DNA of 25,918 nt. It comes from a virus. Lineage: Duplodnaviria; Caudoviricetes. Location of the stretch: positions 1 through 25,918 of the IMG/VR virus record IMGVR_UViG_3300046096_000140, one strand, 5' to 3'. Shown here one piece after another: positions 17,407-25,206 of the stretch; within the stretch, counting starts at the first letter, position 1; each line of letters opens with the position of its first letter. Under the pieces are notes generated by a model, which was not told the DNA's origin, ran no database searches, and saw only the letters and a program-made list of their open reading frames with translations. The translations under genes were made by a program, and so were the position numbers.

Positions 17407-17874
17407 TTGGCAGCAATTGAAAAAATTTGTGAATTCTTAGGTGAGTATGCATCCACAGAGATGTACCGATACAAGCGCAATCATATCCAAGTGATGCCGA
17501 AGTTCCGCAAAGAATTCCGGGGCAAAGATCATGTGTTGCACATCTTCAAACCTGAAGTTCGGATTGAAACAAAAGGTAAGTCGATCATCTGGATTATGGG
17601 TGAAAATTACTTCCATCCGTATGACGAAAATGACTATCAAACATATCAGGCATACGTTCAGGGAGAGCTTGCCCACTGGCGAGGTAAACTTGTCAATGAA
17701 TATGAGTTTGCATTGGAAGTTCCTGATCTTCCCGGCGAAGTTGGGGGCATCTACATGAACGAGACTTACAACTTACGACAAACTATCAAGCGGCTGAAAC
17801 GCATGTTGCGTTGCCGTGAAGTCATCATCAAGAAACACAACTGCTCTTACTGGGAATGGAGACAATCTAAATGA
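17407..17874 (+). CDS. Hypothetical protein
   Basis: AAGGAG RBS, TTG start, 155 aa. Confidence 0.75.
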   Translation: MAAIEKICEFLGEYASTEMYRYKRNHIQVMPKFRKEFRGKDHVLHIFKPEVRIETKGKSIIWIMGENYFHPYDENDYQTYQAYVQGELAHWRGKLVNEYEFALEVPDLPGEVGGIYMNETYNLRQTIKRLKRMLRCREVIIKKHNCSYWEWRQSK

Positions 17875-18125
17875 GTGGCGGTCACTTTGACTACAATCAG
17901 TATCAGATTCAAGACATCATTGAGAAGCTTGAATCCCATTTGAATGGGACTGAACCGTTCTATGAAGATTACAGTCAAGAAACTCTGGATGAGTTCAATA
18001 AAGGCTTGGATATTCTCAAGAAAGCCTATGTTTATAGCCAGAGGATTGACTGGTTGTTGAGTGCCGATGACGGGGAATCAACTTTTCACCGGCGACTAAA
18101 TGAAGAATTAGATGCACTTGAGTGA
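17871..18125 (+). CDS. Conserved phage hypothetical protein (MSGGHFDY family)
   Basis: MSGGHFDYNQY...AYVY.QRIDWLLS.DDGE..F..RL pattern; GGAG RBS. Confidence 0.8.
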   Translation: MSGGHFDYNQYQIQDIIEKLESHLNGTEPFYEDYSQETLDEFNKGLDILKKAYVYSQRIDWLLSADDGESTFHRRLNEELDALE

Positions 18126-18318
18126 TTTGCCATCAACAAAATCTGATGGAAGCACAACCTGCTTCCGTGTGGTGTTTCTTCCATCTACAATTGCAAAAAG
18201 ACCAAGCGATTATCAAGTGAAATCTGTCTGGACGTCATTGACTCACAAGTATTTCCACTTGAGCGAACCAATTTTGAATTCTGTTGGAAAAGTTTTGACT
18301 ACAGTTCAGCTTCTGTGA
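18112..18318 (+). CDS. SDLP-family small protein 6 (MHLSDLPS)
   Basis: Shared motif; ends at a TGA inside the next promoter cassette. Confidence 0.65.
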   Translation: MHLSDLPSTKSDGSTTCFRVVFLPSTIAKRPSDYQVKSVWTSLTHKYFHLSEPILNSVGKVLTTVQLL

Positions 18319-18362
18319 TACAATAGAACCATCGAAACAAACCACAAGGAACCTTTATCATG
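18295..18362 (+). promoter_or_regulatory. Repeated early promoter+RBS cassette, copy 2
   Basis: TTGACT-N18-TACAATAGAACCATCGAAACAAACCACAAGGAA...ATG. Confidence 0.9.
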
Positions 18363-18692
18363 ATTAAAGAATTCAACGGCAAGAAATACATTTTCATTTC
18401 GCATGACATTAAAGTCTCTTATGCGTGTCCTAAATGTGTAGCATGGAATAAAACTGATCTCTGCAACGCCCTCAGTGATGATTGCGATGACGGCTACTTT
18501 TCTGAAGCCGATGACCGAACACCAGAAGTCACGGACAACCAAGAACAAATGACTCTCCGCGATCAGTTTGCAATGGCTACAATCAACGGTCTGGTTGCAA
18601 GTAAAACTTATTCAACAGAGCATGGTGCGGAATTTGCAGCCAGAACAGCATATGCATTTGCTGATGCGATGATGAAAGAACGTGCAAAATGA
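18360..18692 (+). CDS. Hypothetical protein: Cys-rich N-terminus fused to a common phage 'MTLRD.FA...AY..ADAM...R' domain
   Basis: Motifs seen in translation. Confidence 0.8.
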   Translation: MIKEFNGKKYIFISHDIKVSYACPKCVAWNKTDLCNALSDDCDDGYFSEADDRTPEVTDNQEQMTLRDQFAMATINGLVASKTYSTEHGAEFAARTAYAFADAMMKERAK

Positions 18693-18931
18693 TTCCAATC
18701 TGTAATCTCTGGGTCAATCCAGAAACCCACAACTATGAAGTTGACCGTTGCGATCATCCAATATCGGAGTTGATTCCTGTTGTAAAGCAACAGGCTCCGC
18801 TAACCCATGATCAGATTGAAGCCATTGGGAAACTGATTCTTGATCACGGGTTTCACGAATGGGAAGGACTGCAACCTTGGGTATATACCTTCGTCAAAGC
18901 AGTTGAAACTGCACACGGAATTACAAAATGA
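18689..18931 (+). CDS. Hypothetical protein
   Basis: ATGA overlap; C-terminal PLT.DQI...F..AVE.AHGI pattern common in phages. Confidence 0.75.
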   Translation: MIPICNLWVNPETHNYEVDRCDHPISELIPVVKQQAPLTHDQIEAIGKLILDHGFHEWEGLQPWVYTFVKAVETAHGITK

Positions 18932-19077
18932 CCGTTTTCAAGTATTTTTCAGTGCGTCGAAATAGAACCAATTGCATCATCCGATGGACTCGTTTTAACT
19001 TGGCTGAATTTGACAACATTGATGCTGGATACTGTCTCGATAATGAAGCAGTTTGTTTTGCAGGGGAGATGAAATGA
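18928..19077 (+). CDS. Hypothetical protein (49 aa, MTVFKYFSVRR)
   Basis: Manual translation; ATGA overlaps at both ends. Confidence 0.65.
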   Translation: MTVFKYFSVRRNRTNCIIRWTRFNLAEFDNIDAGYCLDNEAVCFAGEMK

Positions 19078-19250
19078 CAACATGGGTTCTTTTCTTCTGG
19101 TTCACTTCTGGCTCTCAGATGGAGACTGGAACAATCCAGAATCTAAAATCGCTTGATGAATGCAATAGAGTTGCAATTGTCATCAATGATACGATGCCAA
19201 GACATCCTCGTGTTCCCTGTCATCGTTGCATTGAGGTCTATACGAAATGA
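19074..19250 (+). CDS. Hypothetical protein (MTTWVLFFWF...)
   Basis: GGAG RBS and ATGA overlaps; start re-assigned to 19074. Confidence 0.7.
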   Translation: MTTWVLFFWFTSGSQMETGTIQNLKSLDECNRVAIVINDTMPRHPRVPCHRCIEVYTK

Positions 19251-19654
19251 CAAACTTCGACCACATTTACATGCAGATGGCGAGGGAGATTGCTACAGCA
19301 TCCAAGGCAAAGCGAAAGAAAGTTGGGTCAATCCTTGTCACAAACAATGGAGTCTTGTTGCCCGGATACAATGGCACTCCCGCTGGATGGTCTAATGCAT
19401 GCGAAGATTCAAATGACGTCACTCTACCAACGGTGATTCATGCGGAACTTAATTGTATACTGAAGGCTGCAAAAGAGGGCGTCAGTGTCATTGATTCGAC
19501 AATCTATGTAACACTATCGCCGTGCCTTGCTTGTTCCGCAATGCTTGCTCAAGCTGGAGTAAAACGGATCGTGTATGACGAGGAATATCGAGACCTTAGT
19601 GGTGTGAATCTGTTGCTTCAGAAAGACATCTTAGTTGAGCGTCTATGCGAGTGA
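19247..19654 (+). CDS. cd: dCMP deaminase
   Basis: GYNGTP.G..N.CE, HAE.N, TLSPC..C zinc-deaminase motifs. Confidence 0.95.
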   Translation: MTNFDHIYMQMAREIATASKAKRKKVGSILVTNNGVLLPGYNGTPAGWSNACEDSNDVTLPTVIHAELNCILKAAKEGVSVIDSTIYVTLSPCLACSAMLAQAGVKRIVYDEEYRDLSGVNLLLQKDILVERLCE

Positions 19655-19845
19655 GTGACCTTCCATGTATCCAATTCATTGATCGGCTCGATGTAATGTC
19701 AACAAGGTGGAACATTTCAGCGCCTTCACTAGGCAGACCCATTAGACGCACAAACTTAAACTTGACTTTAGACAAGTTTTGGTCAATTCAGATAGTCTTT
19801 AACTATTTGACTACAATTCGTTTCCTTGATACAATAGAACAATGA
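19645..19845 (+). CDS. SDLP-family small protein 7 (MRVSDLPC)
   Basis: Shared motif; contains the dCMP deaminase stop codon. Confidence 0.65.
   Translation: MRVSDLPCIQFIDRLDVMSTRWNISAPSLGRPIRRTNLNLTLDKFWSIQIVFNYLTTIRFLDTIEQ
19807..19844 (+). promoter_or_regulatory. Truncated promoter cassette, copy 3 (leaderless)
   Basis: TTGACT-N17-TACAAT-AGAACA-ATG. Confidence 0.8.
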
Positions 19846-20162
19846 AACAATATAAACAAATCCACATCGCCTTCCCTGACATTGACTTTCAGAGAGCCAT
19901 TCGCATGACATTTACTGCTTTGGTTGAAAACGACGAGTTTCTGTGTGCAGCCCCAAATAATCAAAAAGAAGCCATCGTTATTTTGGCTGCTGCTTTTGCC
20001 AAAGCCAACTACTTGCTTAGGTGGGACAAAGAACCACGGGATCACAGTGATTACATTCGGTCAAAACTTTATGTTGGTTGCACACCACACCCTCTGGATT
20101 GGGATGTTCAGTATTACTACGATACAGCATCAAAAGAAGTCTACTCTGGAACATGTAATTGA
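19842..20162 (+). CDS. Hypothetical protein
   Basis: 106 aa ORF between two cassettes. Confidence 0.75.
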   Translation: MKQYKQIHIAFPDIDFQRAIRMTFTALVENDEFLCAAPNNQKEAIVILAAAFAKANYLLRWDKEPRDHSDYIRSKLYVGCTPHPLDWDVQYYYDTASKEVYSGTCN

Positions 20163-20224
20163 CTACAGTTGAGTTTTCGTGATACAATAGAACCATCGAA
20201 ACAAACCAAGGAAACTTTATTATG
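20159..20224 (+). promoter_or_regulatory. Repeated early promoter+RBS cassette, copy 4
   Basis: TTGACTACAGTTGAGTTTTCGTGATACAATAGAACCATCGAAACAAACCAAGGAAACTTTATTATG. Confidence 0.92.
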
Positions 20225-20590
20225 GCAAACTACAAAATCGGTGATCGTGTTGAATACATTGTTAATGGTGTTGTCTATGACACCGGAACTGTTACTCGTG
20301 TAGAAAACTGGGATGCTGGCCAGTGGTGGGCTAGGTGGGATTCTGATTCAATGGAGAATACTTTCGATGAGACTGACGATGCTTTTCGCAAAGTCGTAGC
20401 AACTACTGAATGGTTTGAGAATACTTCAACAAGAAACATTCGTCCGAAATTCATGTTTGAATTTCTGATGTCAGATGGAACTGTTCGTCAAGGTGGAATT
20501 AACGAAGTTCCGGGAATTGACTGGAACACCAACAAAGAAGATGACGGATACCCTCACGTTGTCAAGTATCGACTGATCAGCACCATTTAA
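20222..20590 (+). CDS. Hypothetical protein with SH3/KOW-like N-terminal domain (paralog of 21189-21458)
   Basis: YKIGDRVEYIVNGVVYDTGTV...WWARWD. Confidence 0.8.
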   Translation: MANYKIGDRVEYIVNGVVYDTGTVTRVENWDAGQWWARWDSDSMENTFDETDDAFRKVVATTEWFENTSTRNIRPKFMFEFLMSDGTVRQGGINEVPGIDWNTNKEDDGYPHVVKYRLISTI

Positions 20591-20608
20591 CTAAAAGGAA
20601 ACTACATC

Positions 20609-20962
20609 ATGGAACTCGCATTTTTCGTTTATCTCGCCGGTCTTGTTGGGAAAATATCATTCGCTTTGTTCATCATATTGTTCCTTTACGGAGTTGGTGT
20701 TTTTGGATACACGGTATACGTCACCGCCGATAACACCGATAGTTACCGCAAGAAAATCCCATACCAGAAACGATGGGCAATTGGATGGCTTTGTTTAGCA
20801 ATGTTGTCTGCTTTCATTCCATCGGAAAAGACTATGTGGCTAATTTTGGGTGCGTATGGCACACAAAAAGCAGTGCAGTCAGAGATTGGTGCTGATATCA
20901 TTGAAATCATCAACCTGAAGATCAAGAAAGAACTCGAAGCAATGAAAGGCGAAAAGAAATGA
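20609..20962 (+). CDS. Membrane protein
   Basis: Hydrophobic segments; FIPS.KT...I pattern; RBS AAGGAAACTACATCATG. Confidence 0.8.
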   Translation: MELAFFVYLAGLVGKISFALFIILFLYGVGVFGYTVYVTADNTDSYRKKIPYQKRWAIGWLCLAMLSAFIPSEKTMWLILGAYGTQKAVQSEIGADIIEIINLKIKKELEAMKGEKK

Positions 20963-21180
20963 TTACTGTCAATATGTCCAACAAGTTTCTGAAGCTGAAT
21001 CATCGGAAGCAGAAAAAGAAAATCAACTTGATGTTGCGAACCTTGATTCATAATGCCTTGATGTATGCAGGGGTTGATTCAGTTCCACTTGTTCGTGACA
21101 CCAAGAGGAGTTTCGTGCAATTTGCAACAGCAGACATTTCTGGTAAACGGGTAACATTCACATTCTGTGACGAGATTTAA
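20959..21180 (+). CDS. Hypothetical protein
   Basis: ATGA overlap, 73 aa. Confidence 0.6.
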   Translation: MITVNMSNKFLKLNHRKQKKKINLMLRTLIHNALMYAGVDSVPLVRDTKRSFVQFATADISGKRVTFTFCDEI

Positions 21181-21188
21181 GGAATCAT

Positions 21189-21458
21189 ATGTCGAAATTT
21201 AAAGTTGGTGACCGTGTTCAATATGTCGTTGATGGTGTTGTCTCTGATACAGGGACGGTTGTTCGACGATATAATGAAAATGAAACTTCTTGGTGGGCTA
21301 TGTGGGACGGAACGAATAGAGAACAGCACTTCAATGATGACAACGATAATTTCCGTCGCATCCCTCATACACTTGAAGAAACCGTTGCCATGCTGACGAA
21401 ATCTTTGGATGAAGTCAAGGCAACTCTACAACAACTGATTGCAAAACAATCATTATGA
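21189..21458 (+). CDS. Hypothetical protein, SH3/KOW-like domain plus coiled coil (paralog of 20222-20590)
   Basis: FKVGDRVQYVVDGVVSDTGTV...WWAMWD; AAGGA RBS. Confidence 0.8.
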   Translation: MSKFKVGDRVQYVVDGVVSDTGTVVRRYNENETSWWAMWDGTNREQHFNDDNDNFRRIPHTLEETVAMLTKSLDEVKATLQQLIAKQSL

Positions 21459-22558
21459 TTAAAATCAACCATAAAATACCAACTCTATCTGAGTGTCGTC
21501 AGATAGCAGCACAGAAACCAGAGTTCCGTGAGATCAAAAAAGACGGATATGTTGTTTTTGATTATGCCATCAATGACAGTCACACATTCGATAATCCAAG
21601 TTCATTGGAGATGCGTGGCATTGCATTCAATGAACTTGGCGTTGTTGTTTCTCTTGGGCTTCATAAGTTTTTTAACTATGGAGAAAAACAAAATCAGAGC
21701 ATCGTTTTGGATGGAACCGAAGAAGTTCTGGAAAAACTTGATGGGTCAATGATTCGAGTCATCCAAAAGGGAGACTCATGGGTATTTGGGACTCGGGCAG
21801 GAGAAACTGATTACTCGGTTATGACTCATCGTTGGCTTGATTCACAACAAGACGATGTTCGGAACGGATATGTCGAATTTATTGAGATGTGTTTGAGTCA
21901 GAGTTTTTTCCCAGTCTTTGAGTTTTGGTCTCCTGAAAATTCAGTTGTTATTAACTACGACAAACCTTTCTTGAAACTGTTGGCTATTCGGGACTACAAC
22001 GGCGATTATGTCACCTATGAAACCATGCGGTATGTTTCTGGAATATATGGTATTGGGATGGCCTCCAAACAGAGTTTTGGGTTTGATGAAGCCATTAAAA
22101 CATATTCTTCCATGACTGGCATTGAGGGATTCATTATCCGAAATCAAGGTGACTGGGTGAAAATCAAAACCGAAGAATACTGTATGATTCATCGGGCAGT
22201 TGATGGAATCAAATTTGATAAAGATGTGTGCTTGGCAGTTTTGGACGGTTTGATTGATGACATCATTCCAAAGTTGGTTGAACCTCGAAAGTCACAAGTG
22301 ATTGCATTGAGTGATTCTATTGTTGCAGCAATGCAACGAATTTCAACTGAAGTGAAGGCACACTTTGAAGTTTTAATGAACCTCTGTGATGATCGCAAGA
22401 CCTTTGCGATTGCTATTCTTGATAACAAATTCAAGTCAGAACTGTTTGCATTGGCAGATGGAAAAGATGTTGACGTTGTTATTCAGAAGCGTTTCCGAAC
22501 TGCTGCTGGAGGTATCCACACTTGGGCTGCATTTTACAAAGAATTTGTTGAAACTTAA
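21455..22558 (+). CDS. rnlA: RNA ligase 1 (T4 RnlA/gp63-like)
   Basis: E.RG..F, HKFFNYGE, motif I EKLDGS, FE..SP.N..V..Y, EGFII, VKIK..EY...H. Confidence 0.92.
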   Translation: MIKINHKIPTLSECRQIAAQKPEFREIKKDGYVVFDYAINDSHTFDNPSSLEMRGIAFNELGVVVSLGLHKFFNYGEKQNQSIVLDGTEEVLEKLDGSMIRVIQKGDSWVFGTRAGETDYSVMTHRWLDSQQDDVRNGYVEFIEMCLSQSFFPVFEFWSPENSVVINYDKPFLKLLAIRDYNGDYVTYETMRYVSGIYGIGMASKQSFGFDEAIKTYSSMTGIEGFIIRNQGDWVKIKTEEYCMIHRAVDGIKFDKDVCLAVLDGLIDDIIPKLVEPRKSQVIALSDSIVAAMQRISTEVKAHFEVLMNLCDDRKTFAIAILDNKFKSELFALADGKDVDVVIQKRFRTAAGGIHTWAAFYKEFVET

Positions 22559-22566
22559 CAGTTCCC

Positions 22567-22631
22567 TTTACCTTTCTTGGTTGATGTGATACAATTCAGT
22601 CATCAACCAAGAAAGGTTTTTCCACATCATG
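22567..22631 (+). promoter_or_regulatory. Promoter inside a perfect 17 bp inverted repeat (promoter stem-loop)
   Basis: TTTACC-N17-TACAAT; arms 22570-22586 and 22601-22617 flank the -10 box. Confidence 0.8.
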
Positions 22632-22991
22632 TCTTCCATCCGAATCAACCTCAAACAGTTTCTTGTCAATAGCAGCGATGGTGTTGACTTCTTCAATCGC
22701 CCACAGACCTATGGTAACTTCCGTATGGCTGTTGCTGGTGCGTCACTGAATTGCTATCAGAACAAGACTCGTATCGTCTACACGAAAGAGAAACGTCGTG
22801 CCAAACGGATCGTCGCGCCACAGTTGACTGCCTCTGGTAAACCAAGCAAGAAACCTCCAGTTGTTCAGAACATTCCGGGTCATGTTCGGTGGAAAATCTA
22901 TGCAATCCCAAACGTGATCGTAAAGATGATCGAAACGCAAGGTCAGAAAATCGTTCAACATAAAAACCATTTTTCAATTGAAAGCAAATGA
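22629..22991 (+). CDS. Basic hypothetical protein
   Basis: 120 aa, K/R-rich, follows the promoter. Confidence 0.75.
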   Translation: MSSIRINLKQFLVNSSDGVDFFNRPQTYGNFRMAVAGASLNCYQNKTRIVYTKEKRRAKRIVAPQLTASGKPSKKPPVVQNIPGHVRWKIYAIPNVIVKMIETQGQKIVQHKNHFSIESK

Positions 22992-23281
22992 TGCACAATG
23001 ACACAATCACAATCGACGGAGTTCAATATCTCCGGGCAGGAACCATCAAAGTCAATGATGAATTCCGCAACATCGTTGAAGCCGTTGGTTTTGACTTGGA
23101 TCGTTTGATTAGAGACGCCAAAGAAATTCAAGCTGACTATGCTCAACAGGGACTGACCCACAATTCCTTGGAGAACGAGGGATACTTGCGCGGCCTGCTT
23201 ACTGTAAAGGGTTCCTTTGACTATCACGTCAAGTCGTATCAACTGGAAGAAACATCTGAGCATGTTGGTGTTTGCTGCTGA
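22988..23281 (+). CDS. Hypothetical protein
   Basis: ATGA overlap; ITIDGVQY.R N-terminal motif common in phages. Confidence 0.75.
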   Translation: MMHNDTITIDGVQYLRAGTIKVNDEFRNIVEAVGFDLDRLIRDAKEIQADYAQQGLTHNSLENEGYLRGLLTVKGSFDYHVKSYQLEETSEHVGVCC

Positions 23282-23373
23282 AACAACTGGTAGCTATCTG
23301 TGGCTACTTGTTGGTATGATCGAATGCTTCATTTCCCCTATTGAGGGGATTGATGACGAAGAAATTTAAAATC

Positions 23374-23565
23374 GTGCAAATCTCTGACCTCCCAAAGAAA
23401 CATGAACGCTTGGTATATTGTCTCGATAGGGTGGCTGGCGACACATTACTCAACGTGCATGCAGAATGCATGTGTCACAATCTGCAAACATTCAAGTATG
23501 TTATTGGTGTTGCTTCTGGAATTTACAAACAGCATGCACCCATGATGAAAAATGAAAATCTCTGA
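23374..23565 (+). CDS. SDLP-family small protein 8 (GTG start, MQISDLPK)
   Basis: Shared motif; start re-assigned to GTG 23374. Confidence 0.65.
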   Translation: MQISDLPKKHERLVYCLDRVAGDTLLNVHAECMCHNLQTFKYVIGVASGIYKQHAPMMKNENL

Positions 23566-23719
23566 CCTACCGAAGCCACCAACTAAAATCGACTACCGAA
23601 GGACAACTTTGTTTTACGTTGTGGCTCGGGTCCACAACTTGTGGACATTGATTCCGAGGTATGGGTACGTTTCAACTTTGTTTCCAAGATGGGTGCTGGT
23701 TCTAAATGAATACCTCTGA
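23552..23719 (+). CDS. SDLP-family small protein 9 (MKISDLPK, 55 aa)
   Basis: Manual translation. Confidence 0.7.
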   Translation: MKISDLPKPPTKIDYRRTTLFYVVARVHNLWTLIPRYGYVSTLFPRWVLVLNEYL

Positions 23720-23924
23720 TCTACCATCAATGAAAACCAAGTGTGGAGTCGTTGTGGATGACTACGACTTTGAAACTCATTACTGGGCGGTTAGTGCTGT
23801 CGTCACAAAAACGGAGCTTAGTCTGAACACAGATGATCTTTATGTTGAATTTTCACCAATCGTTGATGTAATTGCCGAAATGGGATGGGCACTGGGATGG
23901 GCACTGAGTGAAGAACTATGCTGA
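23706..23924 (+). CDS. SDLP-family small protein 10 (MNTSDLPS)
   Basis: Shared motif. Confidence 0.7.
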   Translation: MNTSDLPSMKTKCGVVVDDYDFETHYWAVSAVVTKTELSLNTDDLYVEFSPIVDVIAEMGWALGWALSEELC

Positions 23925-24097
23925 TACTTGACTTACCAAAGCTGAATCCAACTTACCCATCCTATGATTATGTGTGGGACGTATCACAATTCATTACTTG
24001 TGATTTTCTTCATTATCAAGGTATTCTCCGAAATTTTGTTCATCTTCACCGAGACATTCAAGGCGTTCTACCAATTGAGGATGACGAACTATGGTGA
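23918..24097 (+). CDS. SDLP-family small protein 11 (MLILDLPK, 59 aa)
   Basis: Manual translation. Confidence 0.65.
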   Translation: MLILDLPKLNPTYPSYDYVWDVSQFITCDFLHYQGILRNFVHLHRDIQGVLPIEDDELW

Positions 24098-24252
24098 TAG
24101 GCGAACTACCGAAACTTGAAAAGATTAGTGACTGCTACGAGGAAATTCTTCACTACGACACATACAATCGGTTACGACCAGAAGTTGTTAGCAAGACTCG
24201 ACCAATCGTGCAAATACTTGGAAAAATTCTGGTGGATTTTGACTGCAGTTGA
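24091..24252 (+). CDS. SDLP-family small protein 12 (MVIGELPK, 53 aa)
   Basis: Manual translation; ends inside the next promoter cassette. Confidence 0.6.
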   Translation: MVIGELPKLEKISDCYEEILHYDTYNRLRPEVVSKTRPIVQILGKILVDFDCS

Positions 24253-24304
24253 TTTTCTGTGATACAATAGAACCATCGAAACAAACCAAGGAAACTTTAT
24301 CATG
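24239..24304 (+). promoter_or_regulatory. Repeated early promoter+RBS cassette, copy 5
   Basis: TTGACTGCAGTTGATTTTCTGTGATACAATAGAACCATCGAAACAAACCAAGGAAACTTTATCATG. Confidence 0.92.
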
Positions 24305-24679
24305 AAAACAGTCAAAGTATCCGAAGCCACAGGCCCAGTCCTCAACTGGCTGGTGGCGAAAGCCAACGACGAAAAAGACATCCTGTATGCACAGCACCAA
24401 TATGGGCGTTTGGTTATTCGGACAGCAGGTGATCATGAAACATGCGACAGTGAATGGTCCTATGCTCCGTCAACCGACTGGGCACAAGGTGGCCCACTGA
24501 TCGAGCGAGAGGAACTGCATCTACGCAAGTCAGGTTGCGAGTGGCGGTGTGACTATTGGAACGATTCGACACTGAATTTTGATACCAGTTACGGCGACAC
24601 ACCACTCATAGCAGCCATGCGCTGCTACGTAGCAAGCAAACTCGGTGACGTCGTTGATGTTCCAGATGAATTGATTTGA
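24302..24679 (+). CDS. NinX/DUF2591-like phage protein
   Basis: L.W.VAKA...PSTDWAQGGPLIERE...G.TPLIAAMRCYVASKLGD.V.VP. Confidence 0.8.
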   Translation: MKTVKVSEATGPVLNWLVAKANDEKDILYAQHQYGRLVIRTAGDHETCDSEWSYAPSTDWAQGGPLIEREELHLRKSGCEWRCDYWNDSTLNFDTSYGDTPLIAAMRCYVASKLGDVVDVPDELI

Positions 24680-24740
24680 CTACAGTTGAGTTTTCGTGAT
24701 ACAATAGAACCATCGAAACAAACCAAGGAACTACATCATG
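24676..24740 (+). promoter_or_regulatory. Repeated early promoter+RBS cassette, copy 6
   Basis: TTGACTACAGTTGAGTTTTCGTGATACAATAGAACCATCGAAACAAACCAAGGAACTACATCATG. Confidence 0.92.
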
Positions 24741-25184
24741 TCAATCGGCAAATACTCCCCAACCGTATCTCGTGCATACGTAGTCAACCAAAACTGGTTC
24801 AAAGAAGTCTATGATGACAATGGTTGGGTCACCAGCTATGATGCCCAAGGCTATGATCGGTATGGATATGATAAAGATGACGTTGACCGTGCCGGTAACA
24901 ATGAATATGCATATGCATATTCAGAGAATGAAGGTCTCTATGAAGACGTTCAATCCGAGTGGGGATATGACGGCAACACACCAGTTTGTCTTGTGAAGAA
25001 AGTCACTCCAGTTCAAACCACAATGGTGACTATTGAAATCGACACGTTGCGTCAGATTCTCAATACACTTCGTGAAGTCACTACGACTTTCTTGGATGTT
25101 GATGGACAATTTGGTAAGTGTGAACAGGATACAATCGAAAAAGTTTATGCAGCTATTGCGTTGATTCCATCTGAAGTGAAATGA
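24738..25184 (+). CDS. Hypothetical protein with (G)YDxx repeats
   Basis: YDDNG..SYDAQGYDRYGYDKDDVDRAG. Confidence 0.8.
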   Translation: MSIGKYSPTVSRAYVVNQNWFKEVYDDNGWVTSYDAQGYDRYGYDKDDVDRAGNNEYAYAYSENEGLYEDVQSEWGYDGNTPVCLVKKVTPVQTTMVTIEIDTLRQILNTLREVTTTFLDVDGQFGKCEQDTIEKVYAAIALIPSEVK

Positions 25185-25206
25185 ATACGCCCTTGGTGGC
25201 AGAAAA

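Noticed and set aside
23262-23369. 35 aa ORF MLVFAAETTG... before the second SDLP array
   Set aside because: Short and without a clear RBS; possible but not supportable.
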